This document shows, in pieces, positions 22,367 through 34,912 of a DNA stretch of 64,000 bases. Made by a program: the position numbers and the translations under genes. Below the pieces are notes generated by a model. That model saw nothing but the letters and a program-made list of their open reading frames with translations. It was not told the origin of the DNA and did no database searches. The stretch's first letter is position 1, and each line of letters opens with the position of its first letter. The stretch spans positions 74,526,001 to 74,590,000 of the forward strand of contig NW_024704742.1 of the NCBI RefSeq assembly GCF_018977255.1. Direction: 5' to 3'. Origin of the DNA: Callorhinchus milii. Its lineage: Eukaryota.

Positions 22367-22730
22367 TAATAATAATAATAATAATCCTTGCATTTGATAT
22401 AGCGCTTTTAATAATAATAATAATAATAATCCTTGCATTTGATATAGCGCTTTTCACGTCTTCTAGATGTCTCAAAGCGCTTCACAGAATATGCTGTAAA
22501 GTGAATTGACCGTAAATTTGTGGGCGAAACGCAGCAGCCAATTGCGCACAGCAGTGTCCCACAAACAGTCGTAGATTGAAAATGACCAATTTATTATTGT
22601 TTTGTTTTGGAGGGATTATTATTAGGCGTATGGAGTAAGGAAACTTGCCCAAGATTTTGCCCTGCCTGGAATTGAACCCAAGTGTCTCGCTTGCAAAGCG
22701 AGTGCTCTAACCACTGAGCTACAGGATTCA
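22367..22730 (-). mobile_element. tRNA-Ala/Deu SINE, short subtype, with duplicated tail
   Basis: Full head-to-tail copy 22409-22730 plus extra tail 22367-22408. Confidence 0.95.
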
Positions 22731-23359
22731 TCATCACCAAAACACAACAACTTGCATTAATATAGCTCCCTTCATGCGGGGTAGCTTCCCGGACCACTTA
22801 ACAAAGATCAGCAGCATAATATTAGCAATTGTAATTATTTCTGTGATAAAATTAAATACTAGCTAAGGTCTGGAGTTCCAAAGTACCAGGGACAAAGCAT
22901 ATAAAAGGGAAAGGGTTTGCAGGGCTTGGATGTCATACCTGAGGCAATGGGACATTGAACATTTATTACGTTCAATCCACGCTACTTGGTGTACTAGTCA
23001 AGTAATAGCACATGCCATGAGGGTTGCTTTTGTGATTGGAATATTCCTGCAAGTGCTTTTTGTGCACCAGTTTTTGAGAGATGTTGTTGCCTCAGTGTAT
23101 AGTTACAGAGAGTTTGCTCCATTTCCATAGATACTGAAAACTCAAGCTCTACATTTCTTACATCCCCAGAGAGAACCATTATTGTTTTCTTAAAGTCCTC
23201 AAAGTGGCTTTGTAACTACTAAATGGAGCACCGTGTAATCTAATACAAGCATTTGATGCAAAATATTATGCAGAAAGTTACTCATTTTGGCATTCAAGAG
23301 AAAATCAGAAATTTATTGAAAACAGTCTAATTTCTAGGGAATACAGACCAAGTTTATGG

Positions 23360-23690
23360 AACCTGTCCTCATAATTTAACCCTTTAAGCCCTGGTATCAT
23401 TCTGGTAAATCTACGCTGCACCTTCTCCAGAGCCAACATATCCTTCCTGAGGTGCAGTGCCCAAAACTGAACGCAGTCTCCAGATAGGGTCTGACCAAGG
23501 CTCTATACAGTTCAAGCATAATTTCCTCTCCTTTATATTTCAGCCCCTTTGAGATAAAGGCCAACATCCCATGAGCCTTTTTAAATAACTTTTTGTACCT
23601 GTGAGCTTGTTTTCAGTGATTTGTGTATGTAGACACCCAAACCCCTTGGCTCCACCATAGTTTTTAATTTCTCGCCATTTAGACAATATT
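23360..23690 (-). mobile_element. CR1 ORF2 fragment
   Basis: Minus strand LYRALVRPYLE..VQFWA..RKDMLALEKVQRRFTRMIPGLKGLNYE-like. Confidence 0.9.
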
Positions 23691-23691
23691 C

Positions 23692-23745
23692 TATGTGTGT
23701 GTGTGTGCGTGTGTTTGTGTGTGAGTGAGTGTCTCTCTCTCCCTC
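23692..23745. repeat. (TG)n/(TC)n microsatellite
   Basis: Direct reading. Confidence 0.9.
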
Positions 23746-23749
23746 TGTG

Positions 23750-23900
23750 CTGGATCCATTTGCATTTTCAAGACGGAGATAGATAGATATTTGTTAGGAC
23801 AGAGTATTAAGGGATGTGAGGCAAGGGTGGATAACTGGACTTATAAAATTGCGGAACAGGTTTGAGGGGCTGAATAGCCTACTCCTGTTTCTACGTTTCT
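23750..23900 (+). mobile_element. CR1 3' end
   Basis: ttcaagacggagatagatagatatttg..gaggggctgaatagcctactcctgttt. Confidence 0.85.
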
Positions 23901-23902
23901 TT

Positions 23903-23909
23903 GTGTGTG

Positions 23910-23941
<32 letters not shown>

Positions 23942-23990
23942 CTCTCTCTCTCTCTGTCTCTCTCTTTTTGTGTGTGTGTGTGTCTCTTTG
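23903..23990. repeat. Compound (TG)n(TC)n microsatellite
   Basis: Direct reading. Confidence 0.95.
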
Positions 23991-24339
23991 AGTGTTTGTT
24001 GTATTAGTACCACCAATTTGTGCTGCAGTTATTATGGTTTTGTTTGATTTAACCTTGATTCAGATTTACAATTGTTATATCACATTTAAAAAACTAAACT
24101 AAAATAACCAATGTAAATTGACAAAACAACATGGTAGCATCACCACCGCCCTGGGTGGTGGTAAAACAGTAAAGGAGTTGAGCATGCAAAGAGGGGCCCC
24201 TAAAACAACAATAGCCATGGATACAGCATGGGTAGGGAAGAAGAAACTGAAAGGAATAGGTGGTCAAAGCGGTATTTAGACCAGATTTCGAAAGCCAAGG
24301 TGGATTGTGTGGGGTGGAAAGATTTGGTGAGAGAGTTCC

Positions 24340-24838
24340 AGAGGGAGGGAGATGGTTGGGGAGGGGGTAGGTGGGGGGGAGAATGGAGAGGTTGGGAAGG
24401 GGAGGTTGAGGAGATTGGGGAGGGGGAGGTTGGGAAGGTGGGGAAGGTTGGGGAGGTGGGGAGACGGAGTTTGGGAAGGGCAGGTTGGGGAGGGGGTAAG
24501 TTGGGGAGGTTATGGAGGGGGATGTTGGGGAGAGGGAGGTTAGGGAGGGGGAAATTGGGGGTTGGGGAGGGGAAAGTTGAGGTGCGGGAGGTTGGGAAGG
24601 GGGATGTTGGGGAGGGGGGAGGTTGGGGAGGGGGATGTTGGGGAGGGGGAGGTTGTGTAGGGGGGAGTTTGGGGAAGGGGAGGTGGGGGGAGGTTGGAGA
24701 GGGGGATGTTGGGGAGGGGGAGGTTGTGTAGGGGGGAGTTTGGGGAAGGGGAGGTGGGGGGAGGTTGGGGAGGTTGGAGAGGGGGAGGTTGGGGAGGGGG
24801 CAGGTTGGGGAGGGGGGAGGTTGGAGAGCTTGGGGAGA
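24340..24838. repeat. G-rich, strand-asymmetric minisatellite (GGGGAGGTT-like units)
   Basis: ~500 bp of G3-G7 runs with almost no C on the plus strand; ~70 bp higher-order duplication at 24630-24770. Confidence 0.95.
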
Positions 24839-24907
24839 CCATTAAGCAAGTCTCAGCTGACTGGTTTTAAAATTGATGACATGAAACACAAACTCAGAGA
24901 ACAGCTT

Positions 24908-24984
24908 GTGTTTGGAATAGTCTGCTTGAAGTAAATCACATTTGTATGTGTATGGAATAGTCTGCTAGAAGTAAATCACATTTG
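24908..24984. repeat. Tandem duplication of ~38 bp
   Basis: tggaatagtctgct(t/a)gaagtaaatcacatttg twice. Confidence 0.9.
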
Positions 24985-25356
24985 GGAGAGTTAATCTACC
25001 AGAGATGACACTTGGTTGCTGAATGGCTTACTTGTCTCATGTTTTATGTGCTCTTGAGAACTCTTGCTTAAATCATCTTGATTTGTAATAACTGCAGCAA
25101 AGCTTAATAATAGCATTCATTAAAAATCTGAAAGATATGGATCTCAATAGAATTGGTCATGCATTTCCTATTATACAATTACACCTTTGCTAGAAATCTC
25201 TTCACATTGAGGATTGCCTGTCATAGAAGTATATCTTGACATTGGAGAATAACCAGAATATAATCAAAAAGCCAGTGTAAAAAGCAAATTTAAGAGCAGC
25301 ACAACTTGCCCCAAAAGATCTGGTGATGGGATTTAGTTTCTCTTGTTGTGAATGTG

Positions 25357-25545
25357 TGTCAGCCTGGTGCAGTGGTAACACTCTTGCCATTGAATCAGAA
25401 GGTTGTGGGTTTGAGCCCAACGTTGGGACTTGGAATCACATCGTCTAAGATGACTCTCAAATGCAGTGTTGAGGGTGTGTTTCATTGTCAGAGGTGTTGT
25501 CCTTTGGATGAAATGTTAAACCAAGTTCTGTCTGCCTGTTCTGCC
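25357..25545 (+). mobile_element. SacSINE1-like SINE, 5' half
   Basis: gtcagcctggtgcagtggtaacactcttgcc..tcagaaggttgtgggtttgagccc..ggatgaaatgttaaaccaag. Confidence 0.82.
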
Positions 25546-26590
25546 TACTCCCTCCCTGCCTCCTACTCACACTCTGGCCCTTTCCCATCCCTCCCTACAC
25601 ACCTTTGACCCTCTCTAACCTCACCTCCATCATCTCAAAAATGAAGCTCACCACCTGCTCCCTTGACCCCATCAGCACCCCTCTCCTTACCTCCCAGATC
25701 CAGCTCCTGGCCCCTCTTTTAACCAATGTCATCAACCTTTTCTTATTCACTGGCACAATTCCCACCCTTCTAAAAACTGTCGTCATCACCCCCATCCTCA
25801 AAAAACCTTCCCTGGACCCATCCACATTCTCCAGCTACCACCCCATCTCCAACCTCTCATTCCTCTCCAAGGCCCTGAAATGAATAATTGCATCCCAGCT
25901 TCACTTTTCCTTCTCACACCATTCCCTCTATGAAACCCCTCCAATCGGGTTTCTGTGCTGCCCATAGCAAGGAAACAGCCCTGGTCAATGTCACTAATGG
26001 CATTCTGTCCATCTGCAACTAGGGCTCCCTCCTCGACCTCTCTACTGCCTTCGACACTGTCGACCATTCTATCCTCCTCCATTGCCTCTCCTCTCAGCTC
26101 AACCTTCACGGCCCTGCCCTTGCGTGGTTCAAATCCTACCTCTTCCACTGTCTCCACTTTGAGTGCACTATTGACTTCTCCTCTAGCCCCCGCACCATCA
26201 CATGTGGCGTTCCTCAGGGCTCTGTCCTTGGTTCCCTCCTTTTCAACATTTACATGCTCCCTCTTGGTGAGATCATCCGTAGAAATGGGATCAATTTCCA
26301 CATGTATGCAGATGACACCCAACTCTATCTCTCTGCCTCCACCCTCAACTCCAGGACCACTGCTGTCCTTACAGAATGCTGTTGAACATCAAGTCCTGGA
26401 TGAGAGCAAACTTCCTCTAGTTGAATATCAACAAGACCGAGGGCGGCCTGTTAGGCCCCCGTCACTGCCTCCATACCTTGGGCAATGACAGCATCACCCT
26501 TCATGGATGCACTCTACACCTCATGAGCCAGTACAGAACCTTGGCATCCTGTTCGACCCTCAACTGTCCTTCATCTTCCACATCCGTGCT
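25546..26590 (+). mobile_element. L2 RT-domain fragment
   Basis: [58 protein letters not shown]. Confidence 0.95.
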
Positions 26591-26953
26591 TTTTTTGAAA
26601 AATTCCAAAGGAGTCTTAGTTTAGAAACAAAAATACATTTTAACTGCCGAAAAACAGGTTTCAAATTAAGACAAACTGTTAAGATTTTTCCAAATTCACA
26701 CAATTTTAAACTTTAATTCAATGAATGTGAAGCTTAAGATTTAACAGTGATGGGGAAGTGGCTGAAGGGAGGGAGGGCTCCAGCCTACACTAAGTGTGTT
26801 GCTGAGCATTCTAGAGGCAGAGTTGGCTTCACAATGAGCACATCTATTTGCTAAAGCCACTCACATGAGGACCTGGATTAAAGAGCTGGTGCTGAGTGTC
26901 GCCTTATGTCACCCGCTGTAGCCATGATCTGCTCCTCTCCTGCTCCCCTTGGG

Positions 26954-26957
<4 letters not shown>

Positions 26958-26984
<27 letters not shown>

Positions 26985-26997
26985 ATACACACACACA
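26958..26997. repeat. (CT)n(CA)n microsatellite
   Basis: Direct reading. Confidence 0.9.
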
Positions 26998-27422
26998 TCC
27001 CAGCACTGTACAAAGCTGGCACCTTCAATCTTTTTGCCAGTAAGTGGAAAGGCAGTACAGAAACTGCTGCTAAAGCTCTGCACCTTCAATTGATTCGCTC
27101 AATTCCATCGCTCAATGGGAAGGGATGTCTGTCAGAGCTGTGGACAAGAAGATGATGGCAATGTTCTCACACATTTCATGACTAAGGTGTGTTGCTCACC
27201 AGGAAGCTCTCAGGGAGTCACTGGTACCTTCCATCCACAAAGCACATTCATTTACAGACTCAGAAAAATATGAATGCATAGTTTGTATACATCTACTGTA
27301 TGGGATTCTCAATCTGGTTGGATAATCTTAAGTAGATTTCTGCATGTGTCAAACACCAACTGACCAGAAATTAGACAAATCATAAGTGAGATTAGTAAAT
27401 GGGGATGTGCAATAACAACCAT

Positions 27423-27600
27423 GTAATAATAATCCTTGCATTTGATATAGCGCTTTTTCATGTCTTCTAGATGTCTCAAAGCACTTCACAGATTAGATTG
27501 TAAAGTGAATTGACTGTATATTTGTGGGTGAAACGTGGCAGCCAATTGTGCATAGCAGTGTCCCACAGACAGTCATGGATTGAAGTGACCAATTTTTTAT
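27423..27600 (-). mobile_element. tRNA/Deu SINE 3' half
   Basis: Tail + Deu domain. Confidence 0.9.
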
Positions 27601-28674
27601 TTTTTTTTACTTGGCACTTATACTTGGCAGATGTGAAGGAAAAGCACAGCACATCAATGTACAGTTTGGTAGGTGTGCATGCATACATTTGCACCTTGGG
27701 CCAAGTATTTTTGTGCTTCAAAGAAACTGCAGATGTTTGGATGCAGTGGAACCCCCAGAATTTCTTGACATAATGGGGAACACCGGTGAGAGAACAGCAG
27801 TTTCATTACTTCCTCATATCCATCAGTGATAAGAGTAATTGCACAAAGACATCTTCTGACAATGATACATTGGTCCATTTATCTTGGTAGCTTGAGGCTT
27901 TCCATCCAAGCATCCATTTGATTTGCAGCCTGGGCTAAGGGTTTAAAATGTCCTCTTGAAATTACATAAGTATAATGTGCATTGCATCTGCTCATATATT
28001 CCCAATACTATTGTTTCTGACCTTGATGAATGCCGGCTGGCCTTTCGTGGTGGCCACTCTCTGTTTGTACGCATGTAATTTCATGTGACGGTTTTGCAAC
28101 TGAAACCCAGTGACTGCTTCACTCACTCAGACTACCAAGGCAGCACTGGATGGTTATTTATTATAATAATAATAAAGTAATCCGTATATTTGGTATAGCG
28201 CCTTTCACACCAAAGGAACTTCCCAAAGCACTTCACAAGATATATTGTAAATTGGTAAATTTGATTAATTTTGGGATGAAGAAGAGTAACATTTTTAAAG
28301 AAGTGGAAGACATCATTCAAAGTGAGAGGACAATTCGACAAAGCTGGGGAAAAGATCATTTTTTAAAAATAGGGACATAGAATATAAAAGCAAAAAGGCA
28401 ATGCTAAATATGTACAAGCCATTGGTTAGGCCACAGGCCATTACAATACAATTTACATTTATATAGAGCCTTTCATGTAGGGAGAATGTCTCAAAGCACT
28501 TGACAATGATAGATGGGCATCAAAGCTGGGGATAGGAGCTAAGGGAGTGGGGAGGCGAAAGATGACCATAGTCAAAGAGGTACATTTTATTGTCTCCAAT
28601 TCTGGCCACCCCACTTTATGTTGGAAGTCAAGGCCAAGGAAAAACAATCCTAAGGTTTTGCCCACTGGGAAGAT

Positions 28675-29161
28675 TGGAGTCCTGTAGTGTATTGGTTAGA
28701 GCATTTGCTTTGGAAGCGAGAGGACCTAGGTTCGATTCCTAGGCAGGTTGATTCCTTAGGCAAGTTTCCTTACTCCACATGCTTCTGTTTACTTAGCAGT
28801 AAGTTGGAACCCAGTTGTTAGTCGTTTGACGGATCGCTGTACTGAGGCTAATAATCCCTTCAAAGAAAAAATTATAATTTGGTCACTCAATCCACGATGG
28901 TTTGTGAGACACTGCTGTGCGCAATTAGCTGCCACATTTATCCACAAAATATACAGTCAATTCAATTTACAGTATATTCTGTGAAGCGCTTTGAGACGTC
29001 TTCAAGATGTGTTAAGGCACTATATCAAATACAAGGATTATTATTCTTATTCTTATTATTTGTATCAAATAAATTCTGTCAGTATATTCTGTAAGGCGCT
29101 ATGAAATGCCTCAATGATGTGATAAGGCGCTATATCAAATGAAAGGATTATTATTATTATT
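28675..29161 (+). mobile_element. tRNA/Deu SINE, long subtype, followed by an extra SINE tail (29080-29161)
   Basis: ggagtcctgtag head, central block, Deu domain, two successive tails. Confidence 0.92.
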
Positions 29162-30479
29162 GGTGTAGATCCACCACACGAGAAGCCTATAATTTTACAC
29201 CAAGTGACAATCTCTGACATTATGGAGTGCTTTCTAATGCAGCAGAGAGAGTTGTACTTAGCATATGCACTTCCTATGCCAGACTTGGGAGTGCTTTTGG
29301 AAAAAGCTTTCAATTTCCGACACTATTGTACTTAACATTGAAGAGCTGAATTCACCCCTCACAAATCCTAATCGTCTGCTGTGAAAGTTTAGCAGACATA
29401 GAATAGTTGGGGCTTGGGCTGAGCTCATACCTTGTGCCTTGGGCTGACCATGAAATAAACTGATTATCATTATTAATAATAAATATTTGTGCAACTCAAG
29501 GAACACATCAACAAATTATACAATTCGAAAAGAGAAGAAAGCTTCTTGCAGTGTCATGGTCAACAATCCCCCAAATAAAATTGCTGTTTGTAGGACATTG
29601 CGATGTGCAAAATTGGCTGCTGCATTCGCCTACACATAGTCACTAGTCTTCACAGTAAAAATCTTGTGAACCACTTTGAGACGCCTTCCTAATGTGATAA
29701 CATGTTATAGCAAATGTAAGGATTATTATACAGTATTTATAATTTGTGAATTATAATTTGTTTCACCCAGTAAGTCAATCTAACACAATGTGCTCTGAGA
29801 TCAGTAAACACAAGATGCTGGGGTAAATTCTGCTCAGTCACTGAATCACAAATTTTCCATTTCATTGCACCTAAGCTTCCTGCTAGTACTCAGTTGTTAT
29901 CCAAAGCGAAGCTGTCGGAAACTATGTGAAAAAGCTCTGAAATTGTTACAATAGTTACCACATTTCCAAAATCCAGATTCCTTATCACTTCTGGGCTTCT
30001 AGCAATCAGCCCTTGCTGAATGCCTTGCTGATGGAGTTATTTTGAGTGCTGGATGTCATTTAGTTACGTCCAAAACTTACTATCAACTCTCTCTGATAAG
30101 TGGGTATTACCACACACAATGGAAATTTGCAGACTAAACCAACTTTATTCACGGTACCATGGGATTGAAAATGGTTACAGCAAACCAAAGCTGCTGGTCT
30201 AATAGCAATTTTCATTTTGCAATCGAAATTTCAGATTAACTGTGAAATTCAAGGAACAATTGGACAATAAACTGGAATTCAACAAAGGTGTTTTATCTTG
30301 ATAGGCATAACGGATGTGTAGAGCCATGTGCGGGAGGGAAATACTATAGCTATAGAAATATCCACCACTTGCTTCCTTTGTGATAATTATTGTATAACTA
30401 CAAAAGCTCTGATGTTCTTGCACAAAAGTAAATGGGCTGTGAGAAAGTTTTAATTTGAACTTAGCTTTAATAACTTTCA

Positions 30480-30630
30480 AAATGAAACTAAATCGATATC
30501 TAAGAAGGAATAAACGACAGGGGTATGGGGAAAGGGGAGGTGAATGGGACTGAAAGAATTGCTCTTTAATAGAGCCTGACAGACAAAATGGGCCAAACAA
30601 CCTTCTTCTGAGCTGTAAATTTCTATGCTT
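30480..30630 (+). mobile_element. CR1 3' end
   Basis: gggtatggggaaagg..tgggactga..gctcttt..gagcctgaca..atgggccaaac..ccttcttctgagctgtaa. Confidence 0.78.
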
Positions 30631-31129
30631 TACTGATTCTAAAAGAGAAGTGTGATCACATTTATGTGAAAATAAAGGGAAATGGGATTAGGTCCCACTG
30701 AGCGCATAAAGCTAAAAATAGAGATTCAACAGTGTATTTAGCAGTTGTTCCTTCACCTCTCCTAGCACCTACGCATCTGCTTCTACTGTAGACACAAATG
30801 GGGGGAAATTCTGCCTGCAATTATGTAGATTTATTCTACTTATGCAGCATTTCATAGCATCCATGATCTGGAAAATTGTCCAATTCAGTTTTAAATTTGG
30901 AAGCCCGTTTTCTCAAAATAATTTAAAGCTTCAAAATTAAGTCTGCCTTCAGGAATTTGCCAAGCTCTGAGCAAGTCTAGATTCAGGTAGAGTTTCTACC
31001 CCATAATCTCATATTGCATCAAACATTTCCTCTCGCAATGCCTTTGACATCATATTGTTTGGCGGCCCCACATTATTCTGTCATCCTTTTCAAGTGTAAG
31101 GTCTTGAGTTTTGTCTCTTCTATTTTGAC

Positions 31130-31340
31130 CAAAAATGCACATTTATATAGCACCTTTCAAATTGGGAGGATGTCCTAAGGCGCTGGACAATCCAATGCTT
31201 GCACTGAGTTGAGGATGGGGGCCAAGAGGTGGGGCCCCCGGGGGCAGGGGGGGGTGGTCGAGGGATGAGGAGGGAAAGATGGCCAAAAGCGCAGTCAAAA
31301 ATGAAGATCTTGAGAAGGACCTTCAAGGAGGTGGGGAAAG
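31130..31340 (-). mobile_element. L2 family A 3' fragment
   Basis: catttatatagcacctttcaaattgggaggatgtcctaaggcgctggaca. Confidence 0.8.
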
Positions 31341-31463
31341 GAACAATATGAAGGTATTTCTTTAGATGAGATATTAAATTAAAATCCTGTCGGCCTGCGT
31401 CTGGTAGAAATTAAGCATCACATTTAATTGAAAAAAGAAGAATTTCTGTTGCTGTTAACAATC

Positions 31464-31801
31464 AGAATCCTGTATTGGTTAGAACACTCGCCTTGCAAGT
31501 GAGTGGACCCCGGTTCAATTCCTGGACGGTGCGAAACCTTAGGTAGGTTTCCTTACTCCACATGCCTGTTTACCTAGCAGTAAGCAGGAAGCCAGTTATT
31601 AGTCGATTGGCGAATTTCTTTCTGGGGATATTAATCCCTTGTAAAAAAATTAACACTCAATCCACGATTGTTTGTGGGACACTGCTGTGGGCATTTCACC
31701 CACAAAATACACAGTCAATTCGTTTTACAGTATATTCTGTGAAGCGCTTTGAGAAGTCTCAATGATGATAAGGTGCTACATCAAATACAAGGATTATTAT
31801 T
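31464..31801 (+). mobile_element. tRNA/Deu SINE, long subtype
   Basis: Head ctcgccttgcaagtgag, central block, tail. Confidence 0.88.
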
Positions 31802-31849
31802 GTATCTTTCAGACAAAATTGGCTTCTGATACAATACAAAATTACAATG

Positions 31850-33470
31850 CAATAGAAAATTACATTTGTAAAGCACCTTTCATGTCGGGAGGATGTTCCA
31901 AGGTGCTGAACAGTCAGGGATTAGGACTTGAGCAGAGAAAAGGGGGGGGTTGGGTTCAAGGAGGGCAGGGAGGGTAGGAAGATGGCAGAAGGCATGGTCG
32001 AAGAGGAGGGTCTGGAGGTGTGCTTTAAAGGAGGTAATGGAGGGAGATAGACAAAGGAAATGTGGGATGGAGTTCCAGAGGTTGAAGGCCTGACCAGTGA
32101 TGGTGGGATGGGACGGGCGGGGAAGGGTGTGATGCCTCCGGAGCCTGCTGAGCAGAGGGAGCAGACAGGTTGATAAGGGGTTAGCAGGTCGGAGAAGTAG
32201 GAGGGGGCAAGGCCATGGAGGACCTTGAAGGTGAGAGGGATTGAAGGGTTAAGGCTTCATTGGTGATTGTGATATCTGAGACACTGAGGCCCCGGGAAAT
32301 CACCAGGTTGAATGGGTGGCCATCAACATGGGTGGCAGAGTGGATGTGGAGGGAAAGGTTGTGAGAGGAAAGGAGGGAGAAGTCGGTGGAGATAGAGCAA
32401 GAGGGGATGAAGTACAGGTTGAAATCACCTAGGATTAGGAGGCATTCACAACTAAGGCAAAGGCAAGCTAGGAGGGCGAAGATAATAATAATAATAATCC
32501 TTGCATTTGATATAGTGCTTTTCACATCTCCTAGACGTCTCAAAATGCTTCACAGAATATACTGTAAAGTGAACTGACTATATTTGTGGTGAAACACAGC
32601 AGCCAATTGTGCACAGCAGCGTCCCACAAACAGTCATGGATCGAGTGACCAAATTATTATTTTATTTAATTTTTTTTTCTTGAGGTATTATTATCAGGCA
32701 TATGGAGTAAGAAAACTTGCCCAAGGTTTCACCCTGCCAAGAATTGAACCCAGATCTCTCGCTTGCAAGGCGAGTGCTCTAACCACTGAGCTACTGTCCT
32801 GAGATGTCAGAGTTGAAGGTGGGGGAGGGTTTGGGGGAACGATAAATCAGGAGAATTTGGAGGGAAAGATTGGAGGGATGATAGAGGGTAAGGTGCTCGA
32901 AGGAGGGGAATGAGCCAAAGTAGTAGGGAGATAGAGCAAGTGAGGTCCTGGAGATGAGGGCCACACCACTCCCATGGCGGTTAGGACGTGGGTATGATGG
33001 AAGGTGGTGTGGGTTCAATCTGGGTAAGGTATTGCCTGGGGTGATCCAGGCTTCTGTGAGGGCAAGGATGTTGATGTTTTCATCAATGATGATGTTGTTG
33101 ATGGCGAGAGCCTTGTTAGAAAGGGAGCGGACATTTTATAGGCTGATGCAGAGGGGACAGTTGGCAGAGGAATGTGTGAGATGGGAGGGGTGGTGGGAGG
33201 ATTGGCATGGAGGGTGGGAATGCGGATGAGGGAGGAGACAATAACGCCTGTCGTCTGGGTCCAGAGGGGCTTGTGGTGATAGTGGGGAATGGGGCAGTCA
33301 GTGTGGCTGCTGCTGGATGGCCAGCGGCGAGTGCCACAGTGAGCTTGATGGAGGATTCCCAGGCTGGAGCAGAGGGAGGCTGTGGGATGGTCAAGTGGGG
33401 ATAGGAGACGAGGAGGACAGAGAGTGAGGAGGACAGAGCAGGAGAGATGCAGGGATGCAAGGAAACTAGG
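31850..33470 (-). mobile_element. L2 family A element retaining 5' region, EN start and 3' end but lacking RT; interrupted by a SINE
   Basis: SSLIRIPTL N-terminal segment, EN motifs (ILGDFN, HVDGHPFNLVIS) joined at ~32250 to the 3' end. Confidence 0.88.
32483..32795 (-). mobile_element. tRNA-Ala/Deu SINE, short subtype, inserted in L2
   Basis: Full head to (TTA)n tail; L2 EN sequence on both sides. Confidence 0.93.
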
Positions 33471-33479
33471 GAGCTTTGC

Positions 33480-33755
33480 ATTGAAAGACGTGCCATCCTT
33501 TAGATAAGGCTTTAAAATTGAAACCCCCTCCATTCAGGTGGACTTTAAGGATCCCAAGTCACTATTCATAGAGAAGAGGCTTTTTCCCAGTGTTCTGGAC
33601 AGATATTTGTGGGATCTTGATGTGAGAGGAAGTGGTTGTCACATTTGTCTGCGGGTAATGTCACTTCACTTGACAGCAATTTATCTATCAAGCACCCTTT
33701 AGACATTCACTGTTATAGATGCTATATCAAAAGCAAAGAATAATATTATTACTCT
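33480..33755 (+). mobile_element. Old SacSINE1-like fragment
   Basis: tgccatcctttagataag..caggtggactttaaggatccca..actatt..tgtgggatcttgatgtg. Confidence 0.65.
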
Positions 33756-34724
33756 TATAAGTCAATAGCTGAAAAGCACCAAGGCAGCTGAACATGTCTG
33801 CCACACTAGTAAGTTTAAAGATGTTACTGAATTATTCTGCCATGTGCTCTTCAGTCCTACTTTGCTCAGTTAGTGCACAAAGATAGAGGTTTGTGTTTAA
33901 ATCCCATGAACTTTCAGGAGAGGATAGAAAAGGAAAACATTTCTTTCTTTAAAAGTTTCAATATTATTTTGCTTTCTCTGAAATCATCAATTGCAAATTT
34001 GATTAAAAAGATCTTTTCCTTGTGGTTAGCAGTGAGGTTGAGACATTTATTTGCTGAAAAAGGTAAGAATAGCTTGTAGTTCAAGTGTGCTTGAGCAATC
34101 AAATCTTGGTAAATTGCAGAAGGCAACTGCTATATTGATTTTCAGTTTCTGGTGAATAAGATGGACTTGACACTGTGTGTGTGCGTGCAGGATTCCTGCT
34201 CCAATTTGCTGTCCAATGACTTCCTGCTTCCCTTGTTAGATTGAAGGCTTATAATCCGAGAACAGCTATTTTGAGAACCCCAAAGTTAATTGAATAAGAT
34301 ATCCCTAGGATGGAGAATGAAAATGTCCCTCATCTCCACTTTTCAAAGTTAACCTGTACTATTCACTCCAGCCAGCAATGGAAAAATGGTATCCCACGGA
34401 GTTCCTTTCATTCTGTGCACATACTAAACAATATAAAATCAATAGAACTGGGCATCTGATTGAGAATTTTTCACCGCTGATTTGAAGTTGTTTGGATATC
34501 TTGTTCTCAAAAAGAAATAAAGCACTTGACACAAAGAACTTGGTATGGTTCCTTGCACTCTCAATAGGGATTAATAATTTCTCAGAGTAAAAATAAAATG
34601 GTCACTGTGTTTTATCATTTCATCTGCACAGAAAACTGTGATTTCTGGGCAGATGAAATGATAAAAATGTTTGGAAACCAGTTTTGTGGGTGTGCTGTAT
34701 ATAACATTGTTCATTAGTACCTCT

Positions 34725-34912
34725 GTGGAGTCCTGTAGCTTAGTGGTTAGAGAACTCGCTTTGCAAGTGAGAGACCTGAGTTCAATTCCAGGCACAGGGC
34801 GAAACCTTGGGCAAGTTTCCTTACTCCACACGCCTAATAATAATCCCTCCAAAACAAAAATAATAAGACGTGAAAAGCGCTATATCAAATGCAAGGATTA
34901 TTATTATTATTA
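34725..34912 (+). mobile_element. tRNA-Ala SINE, short subtype with the Deu domain deleted
   Basis: Head..aaaacaaaaataataa|gacgtgaaaagcgctatatc..(TTA)n. Confidence 0.92.

Noticed and set aside
22940..23180. Minus-strand exon with cag|gtatga donor and a lectin-like GMCYYLT string
   Set aside because: All three frames are interrupted by stops
24094..24934. Long Pro-rich and Gly-rich ORFs
   Set aside because: Artefacts of the G-rich minisatellite, which lacks stop codons in several frames
27115..27186. Possible first exon MGRDVCQSCGQEDDGNVLTHFMTK
   Set aside because: Weak donor, no recognisable homology and no downstream partner exon
28024..28107. C/D box snoRNA-like TGATGA..CTGA
   Set aside because: No terminal stem or recognisable guide sequence
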